A stretch of DNA of 43,533 nt, counting the filler, from Catajapyx aquilonaris (lineage: Eukaryota): the NCBI GenBank assembly GCA_000934665.2. It is 2 parts of 2 records of this genome, joined end to end, with 100 filler letters (N's around TTAATTAATTAA, not from the genome) between each part and the next. Parts side by side here need not be neighbours in the genome. Positions count along the whole stretch, not along the records: positions 21,785 to 43,533 come from KZ539455.1; 1 more part is not named here. One strand, written 5' to 3'. Positions 36,416-43,533 of the stretch are shown here, in pieces. The notes under the pieces were generated by a model, which worked only from the letters and a program-made list of their open reading frames with translations, was not told the origin of the DNA and did no database searches. A program made the translations under genes and the position numbers. Position 1 is the stretch's first letter, and the number at the start of each line of letters is the position of its first letter.

Positions 36416-37373
36416 CGAGGGCCATACTAAAATGAGTTACAATTTATTTTTTTTGCCACAAGTACAGTGCCCATACAGGTCGGCAGATAGTCACACATTA
36501 TAGATACAATCCTCCTGGAGCCGAATGCACTACCACCACAGGTGTGTCAACCTCTCCAGGCCCTCCAGGAACCAATTTTTGGAGGTTCGACTCACCCAAT
36601 ACCAAATAACACGGCACATCAACAACGTAAACAACTGTCAACAGCAGTGTCCTCAAAATGGTGTCAGCAAAGGTTTTTTTCGTGGATCTGGGTTTGGGTG
36701 CTTCCACACCCGCAGTACTCCTCCGCCGTGGCCCCCAGTGACTTTCACTTGTTCAGATCCACGATAAAACTCATTCACTGAGGCAATTTTGAGGACATTG
36801 TTGACTTCAAGCGGTTGTCTGGGAGGGGGTGCGGTGAACCTCCAAAAAATAGTTCCTGGAGGGCACAGAGAAATTTCACACCCATGACTCCTGTGTATTC
36901 GGCTCCAGGAGGATTCTATATATAATATGTGACTATCTGTCGACCTGTACGGGCACTGCATTTGTGGCAAAACAAATAATTGTAAATCTTTTTATTATTA
37001 TTCTTTTTTTACATTACCCCACGGGGGGAGCTATCTACTCCTTAGGGGGGGNGGGGGGGGTGGAATTACCACCATCGGGATTTGTTGGAGTGAGTTAAGA
37101 AGGATCTTATTAGTGTACTCCAAGGGTAGGTGGGAGGGGATGTGCAAAGTGCATGTGCGCTGTCGTTAATTTGTCATTTTGTGAACTCCCCCGGGTGGCT
37201 TAGTCTGTCGGAAATTGCCACCCGAAATGAAGCCAGAGATGGCCCAACTCTGCATGGATAAAGGTGGGAACCCCGGGTGGGGATTGAACCCGGGACCTTC
37301 ATATCCGTGGGCGCACGCGTTACCGCGACGCCACTTCATCTCCCCATTGTAAATCATTTTAGTACAGCCCTCG
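36416..37373. mobile_element. mariner-derived MITE interrupted by a SINE
   Basis: TA|CGAGGGCCATACTAAAATGA ... TCATTTTAGTACAGCCCTCG|TA; internal VLPHPQYSSAVAPSDFHLF mariner motif; inverted arms ~36430-36530 / ~36895-36988. Confidence 0.85.
36989..37345 (-). mobile_element. tRNA-derived SINE (tail type 2)
   Basis: Head and body homologous to 25644-25859; TSD ATTGTAAATC (36979, 37346); A-rich/(AAT) tail. Confidence 0.85.
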
Positions 37374-38928
37374 TAGATGGCCCAGAGATCTCAAGGGGAG
37401 CCGGTAAACGAAAGGGGATCGTGACCCCCCCCCCCCCCGCCCAGTTAGAAAAACGTGGTGGAAAATGTGCATATAATTTAGAGAGGCCCTACATGTGTGC
37501 GAGTAGAGGCAGTAGAGGTTGTGAATTTCTGTTCGTACAATAATTTATTGTTTTTTTTTTTTTAAATTTCAAAAGGTATTGGTACGTTGAGGTGAGCAAA
37601 TGCATATTTCCCAGCCAATGCAAAGGTGGGATTTCAGACCATTCGCAAGGTACCGGTCGTATACTGAATCGTGGAATCAGTACAAAATCACGGACGGAGG
37701 AATGGGTGTGGTGGGGAGTACACATATGATTGGGGGATGGGCATCATCACTGGCTATAAGTCGGAAGCAATTTAAAATGCGACGTCCAGTGTCCACCGCG
37801 GGCGTACAAAACCGCTCGCTTCGCTCACGTTTTTCTACGCCTGCGTACGCTCGAATTTTTCTAGTTTATTTTAATTTCTACACAATATTACAGCCTATTC
37901 CTGGCCATGGAATTTTGCAGCACAGTAACAAACTAGCAGTTGTTCCACATTTTCGTTGGTTGACGCCTCTCCGACAATACAATACATCTTTATTCACTGA
38001 GAATTCCAAAGTCACACGAAGCAACTGGATCACACTTGAAAAGTGAAATGTCTTCTACTGCCAGTTCATCCTGCATGCCTACAGCTTCTTTGCCCGTCAC
38101 AGATGGAAGTGGGAGGGATTTCTTTAACGAAAAAACCCGCAGAACTCTCGAAAATATTACAAACCATCGTCATAAAGGTGGAAATAGGCGAAAAATAGGA
38201 TCTAATAGGCCATTTTTGGTCAAACGCCCGAAATATGCAAATTTAGGTTCTATAAAACTATTTTTGAGGTCCTTGTGTTATGAAGCAGATAGATATTTAG
38301 GTTCTGGTGTTCTGCCTGCAGAATAAAAAGTAGGTAAAAACCTCGAAATCCATTCTCTAGTCATAACATATTTTGCAGGCCTATGCAAAGTTATCTTGGT
38401 TTCAAACATATTCCTTCCTCTCTTGGTCACTTTTTACCACTTTTTAGAATTTTCCGGAGATGATGAAACAAGTGATGACACTTGACAATGCCAGACTGCA
38501 ACTACCAGTTCAGATGTGATCATTACTAAACGTCTTGAACATTCCTTTCATTAAATGAACCTCACTTCAACCCATAAAGCTCCATAAAGCTTAGCGAGTG
38601 ATCAAGATATGAAAGGTTAAGTTTGGTGTCAAAAGTGCTTGACATAGACTTATAAAATATGACACCATGGTTCTAAAAATTCTTTGATCAAGACATATTT
38701 GTGTCTAGCGACAGGCAAAGATCTGTGCCATTATGTGACTCTGGGTTGATTTTAGGTGGAAATTCTTTAAAAATATTTAACAGCGAAACAGTGCTTACTT
38801 TTGAAAAATACAGTCTGTACATATGGATCTACTACCATCTCATCTTTCAGTGACCTTAACTCATTGAAAAGAATGACAGATAATAAAGTGCACTGTCTTA
38901 TAACACTCAGGTCTGGTCCCTCCCTCTC

Positions 38929-39251
38929 CTTTTGCATTCAGGGGGGTGACGGGGTGGTAATGGGGTCCCCCACCCCATTACCACCCCGTCACCCCCCTGA
39001 ATGCAAAAGATAGCGCTGATTAGGCAGGGCTTTTGTAGGCTTCTGCAGAGTTTGCCGCGATGCTTAGCAGGAATAGCTGCATTTAATAGAAGACACAGTA
39101 GAGAGAAGCCCTTCGATACACGACCGCTACCGTATCTTCTAATAAATGCAGCTTTGCCCGCTAGTCATCGAGGCTAACGCTGCAGAAGCCCTGCCTAAAG
39201 AGAGCTATTGTGGACTCCCACCCCATTACCACCCTGTCACCCCTCTGAATG
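38929..39251. repeat. Composite hairpin cluster in an ADAR intron
   Basis: Perfect 38-bp stem (38929-38966 / 38972-39009), then a ~200-nt imperfect palindrome (39010-39208), then a third copy of the arm (39217-39251). Confidence 0.85.
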
Positions 39252-39385
39252 GGGATTTATATGGAGTTGGGGTACAAGTGACAGGGGGCTGATACAGTGC
39301 ATGGACATGGCTCCCACATAGATGCCCAAAACTGACTCAATAAGTTGAAACATTGTGATATTTCTAATGGAAAGGAATAATTTAC

Positions 39386-39537
39386 CTGTACATATGACTT
39401 GGATGGAACAGACTTCCCAAAACAATGCTTTCCAAGTATATTGGCTCTACAAAATGGGAAAGCAGGGCACCTTGCACACCAAGCACATTCCAACGAGCAA
39501 TCTTGTCTGAGCATGACATAGTCAAAAGACGTTGTCC
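39386..39537 (-). CDS. Adar: ADAR exon (SCSDK zinc ligand)
   Basis: [50 protein letters not shown]. Confidence 0.96.
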
Positions 39538-39633
39538 CTGAAGCAGTAAAAATTATATATCAGACAGGCCAAAATAGGAGTATGAATCACAGTCAGACCA
39601 TTATCTGCAGTGACTTTTTCATACACTTCCTAC

Positions 39634-39793
39634 CTCCATTACCCCATCCCAAGTTTGTATCCCATCACTGCTTTTGACAGGAATGGTACCTTCACCAGAC
39701 TCAATCTTTGTTCGCAACTGGCCCCTTGCCTTTCGGTTTGGATGTTTGTCCATGGATTCCTCCACATTATGAGCTTCATGTGGTGAAAATATC
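39634..39793 (-). CDS. Adar: ADAR exon (RNA-binding loop, base-flipping GEG)
   Basis: [53 protein letters not shown]. Confidence 0.96.
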
Positions 39794-39855
39794 CTACATG
39801 CAACAAATGCGATTAACTCTCCAGAAGTACAATATATGAAAAGAGGATTTAATAC

Positions 39856-39967
39856 CGTGCATCTCCACAGGGTGCAGTGCTGATGTACAGATGGAATTTA
39901 ATATTCTCCTTTAGCTTATATCCATTTCCAAAGTCTCTTGGGATAAAAATCGATTCTTTTGCTGTAG
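39856..39967 (-). CDS. Adar: ADAR exon (PCG motif)
   Basis: [36 protein letters not shown](R). Confidence 0.95.
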
Positions 39968-40026
39968 CTGTGAACAATAAATATCCCTGTAAAACTGATC
40001 TACTGGTAGAAAATTAGCTAACTTAC

Positions 40027-40289
40027 TCTCATCTGCAAGTTTTTCCAGATGTGAATAAAAGAAGTCCCATAGGCACCGCTTTGAAATGATCTCGGCATGA
40101 CAATCATTTAATGCTGCTCCATTGACGCTCATATGTTCTCCATTTATGCATTTAGTCCCAGTGGACACAGACACCACAGTGGCATCATGCATGTGGGATC
40201 CAGTGGTCATTACTAGTCCAGCCAAAACCTTCCGACGTGAATGAGACGGCTGACCTTCCATCAAAGTCTGGAACTGATTGTTGACCAAC
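40027..40289 (-). CDS. Adar: ADAR exon (CHAE catalytic motif)
   Basis: RRKVLAGLVMT...VSTGTKCINGEHMSVNGAALNDCHAEIISKR. Confidence 0.96.
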
Positions 40290-40361
40290 CTGGAAAAGAG
40301 ACAAATAGGATGTTACAATTGCACAGACTGCCTTCTGTTGGCTAACTAATTCTATAATCAC

Positions 40362-40536
40362 CTTGCAACATGGTCAGCAAGAACCTGTGGCATGGTCACC
40401 AATTCTGGTGGTACAGGTGGGATACCAGCAGCCGTCAATCCTCCTAGGGGGTTTGGCACTGGGCTGAAATTCAAGCTGTACATTTTCGCCAGTGCAGCCT
40501 TAGCTGCTGCTAGTTTACCTAATTTCTTGCTTGGAC
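40362..40536 (-). CDS. Adar: ADAR exon (end of dsRBD2 and linker); upstream exons lie outside the window
   Basis: GPSKKLGKLAAAKAALAKMY...MPQVLADHVAR; KKxxK dsRBD helix. Confidence 0.93.
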
Positions 40537-42440
40537 CTGTAAATAACAATAAATCAACATTTCAGTATTGTTTTCTTTCACTCTTCTTATCATATTTAGT
40601 AACTTCAATGTAGTGTCATCTAGGCTCGGGCACCTGACAACCACAATAAACTGTGAATTTCCATATTGCAGTTTAATATGAAACGTTGTATTACTTGCCA
40701 ATTTTTTATCCTCACATACGTAACATTCTGGCAGGTTTGTATACACTAACCCTCCATCAAATTGCACCAGGCTGATCTCTCTAACTTACTTCTTAAAAAC
40801 AAAGTCTTTGCCTTCCCACTAAAAACCAAGCACTTGACTTAGCTATGAAGTCAGTTGCAGAAAATTTTTAAATTAAAGATCATGGAACTCCTGATGGAAT
40901 GCAGTCCTATGACAAATAAAAATTTTAGATGGCATTTAGAGGGCTAGAGGGCTTTAACATAGGAAACCTAATGCAAACCTATACCGCTCCTTGATTTCAA
41001 CTATCCATCACACGAAGTTGATTCCGATTCCATTCCTGTAGGTGTTTCCTCAGTCATGGAGACCACCTGCATGAACTTTCCTCCACTCGCTTTATCCCAC
41101 TTGTAGTCTACAAAGCACACCATAATCTGCTGACAACTCTCTGGGGAATGCCCTTGACTTGTTGGAACACCATTAAATCCTAACTAAGCTCACTCAGCTC
41201 TAGGGCAACCACCTGTGAGGACACTTTAACAATTCAGAGGCCTGCATGACTCCATCCTGTTAACATCCTTCATTCATTAATTACAATAATGAGTTTATTT
41301 CATAGTAATAATTCCAACATCACTCATGCCATTGGTTTGTCATTTGAAAAGGAAGTCTGACCACAGTAAGTAGCAGCAAAATACATTTCCAATTCTACCA
41401 GCAGGTCTGCTACTCAAAAACTACCACCCTGAGAGGTAAATATCATACACTCCATAAAACTCATATTGATGGGTTTCATGACTAACTTACAGAGAACACA
41501 CCTATTCCTATATTCAGAAATATGGCCTACTGAAATTTTCTACTGGCTATATAGGCTACTAATTGGTAGTACCATTGCAATATTTTTGCAGCACTTAATG
41601 TGGGCAAGTACCAGTGTGATATTATTGCTGAGTTATATACCATCACCAACAGTCTCAATATTCAAAGCTGGCATGAATTGTTATGACCACGTGTGAAATT
41701 ACACAGCCAATCAATCTACTTAATACTGCATTTTTTTCCCTTCAAATGCACAAAACAGACCCTAACGAAAGGTAGGCTATACAATCTCCTAACAAAGGGT
41801 TACTAAACTTGTGCTCACAGGAAGGAAGAGTGCCTTACAGTAATTTTGCAATCTATCCTGATGAGAACAAAACTTTTTATTTCTGAATGTATGACTGCTA
41901 TTCAGGCAGGAGAGCAAGCTCAGTTGCCAGGGGAAATAACATAACGGTCACGCATCCATTTTCGTTCCTAGCTTTCGAAAACGACTGGTCATAGCAGAAA
42001 ATGGCCCTTACCAGTGAATTTTCGTCCTATGATACACATACTGTGCCAGTTTTATGCAAATCTGTGAGATGCAAGTCAGGGCGCTCTCCTTGTAAGTTAT
42101 CTGCAAGTTAATTTCACATTTTGAGCCACACAGCAGTGATGGTAACTCTCGCCAGGTTTAAGCAGACTTCGTCAGTTTTGCAACTAACTGCCTTATCTAG
42201 TGTACCGTTCAAGGACGTCCAACTACACCAGTGACTAACTGATTTCCCTCTGGCTGGTACTCCCCTAAACAGAATGGAGTGCAACATGGACATGTAATTA
42301 AGGCTGGGATGGTTGCTCTAGCCCAGTGGTTCACAACTTGTGGGTCGCGAAGCCTTTTCCGGGGGGTCGCGCGTGGCCGCGGTTATTTTTATAAATCCTT
42401 TATTAATGAAGCTGAAAGTTTGCCAATATATTTATTTATA

Positions 42441-42853
42441 CAGGGTGGTCGGTAAATGGCGCACAAGCTTCAGGTAGCGAGATTCGTTGTGAAAAACCAG
42501 TATATGGAAGTGAAGGTCATATTGCTCTACGATGCCTGGTTAGGGCTCACGAGGCCTCCAAAGTTTGGGCCAAATCATGACGTCACATCCGCCCGCGAAA
42601 TTCAAACACTACCGTATCGCTAACCGTCCGCGGCATGTTGCTAGGCGTTGCCATGTTGACATCCCCGCAGACAGAAGCGATATGGTACTGTTTGAATTTC
42701 GCGGGCGGATGTGACGTCATGATTTGGCCCAAACTTTGGAGGCCTCGTGAGCCCTAACCAGGCATCGTAGAGCAATATGACCTTCACTTCCATATACTGG
42801 TTTTTCACAAGGAATCTCGCTACCTGAAGCTTGTGCGCCATTTACAGACCACC
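42441..42853. mobile_element. Young palindromic MITE family C in an ADAR intron
   Basis: ~178-bp arms with only 4 mismatches; same TIR as 10402-10989; right terminal CTG missing. Confidence 0.9.
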
Positions 42854-43026
42854 ATTTATCACGCCTATTTATATTTAACCCACTTCTCGAGTACCGACAG
42901 GACTGAAATGTTTCACACCCATGTCTTACCTATCGATGACCCCGGGAAAAGTCCCAAAACAGCACTTTTTAAAGTCTAAGGGCGGTTTTCAGCAGCCTCC
43001 CTTACGGAAATGAATCACTCAGTGTT

Positions 43027-43400
43027 AGTAATTCAATCACTAATATCCAGTACTTTGCAGTAATTCAATCACTAAGGTCCAGTACTTTGCAGTATTTCAA
43101 TTACTGAATGCCAGTGTTCCAGTGATTAACAGACTAGTGATTATTACTGGTGAAGTATTTCAATCACTGGTATTGTAGTACTCATGAGTACTTGAATTAC
43201 TGAATGCCAGTGTTCCAGTGATTAACAGACTAGTGATTATTACTGGTGAAGTATTTCAATCACTGGTATTGTAGTACTCATTAGTACTTGAATTACTGAA
43301 TGCCAGTGTTCCAGTGATTAACAGACTAGTGATTATTACTGGTGAAGTATTTCAATCATTGGTATTAGTAGGCCTACTCATGAGTACTTGAATTACTCAT
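43027..43400. repeat. Tandem repeat: two 32-bp units, then three 96-bp units
   Basis: agtaattcaatcactaa.. at 43027, 43059, 43091; ttactgaatgccagtg recurs at 43101, 43197, 43293. Confidence 0.88.
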
Positions 43401-43533
43401 ACCAATGTTCCTGCAGTGATAAATAATGTAGTGCTAGTGATTCATTATTACCGGTACAGTATTAAGTATCACTTGCTGTATAAAAGGTTTACATGTATAA
43501 TGACACCCAGTGTAGTACGTAAAATTGTCAAAA

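Noticed and set aside
37600..38326. 148-aa and 96-aa + strand ORFs in the ADAR intron
   Set aside because: They lie within the nested TE stack and show no recognisable motifs
308..40536. Functional Apaf-1/ADAR immune gene cluster
   Set aside because: The genes are separated by an artificial linker, and eukaryotic adjacency alone is not evidence
43027..43400. CRISPR-like periodicity
   Set aside because: Units repeat in full with no unique spacers, no cas genes, eukaryotic context

Overview
Eukaryotic (invertebrate, probably arthropod) genomic DNA with spliced genes and many non-autonomous transposons. (1) 308-12212 (+): the last 7 coding exons of an Apaf-1/Ark-like WD40 protein; its 5' part lies upstream of the window. 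(2) 21024-21240 (-): terminal exon of a coiled-coil, tail-anchored membrane protein; its upstream exons are not visible and an artificial scaffold linker follows at 21685-21784. (3) 24050-24963 (+): a 4-exon, 72-aa micro-gene missed by the ORF track, resembling an RBM4/lark-type RNA-binding gene that lost its RRM body. (4) 34698-40536 (-): 8 exons of an ADAR2-type A-to-I editase (end of dsRBD2 plus an intact deaminase domain). Its introns and 3'UTR carry several long inverted repeats that would form dsRNA in ADAR's own transcript, and one intron holds a candidate poison exon. Intergenic and intronic DNA holds Tc1/mariner, piggyBac, hAT, Sola-like and Harbinger-like MITEs, a Helitron end, three tRNA-SINEs (one V-SINE; two sharing a body but with different tails), a LINE fragment and a 32/96-bp satellite. 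All calls come from reading and manual translation; no searches were run.
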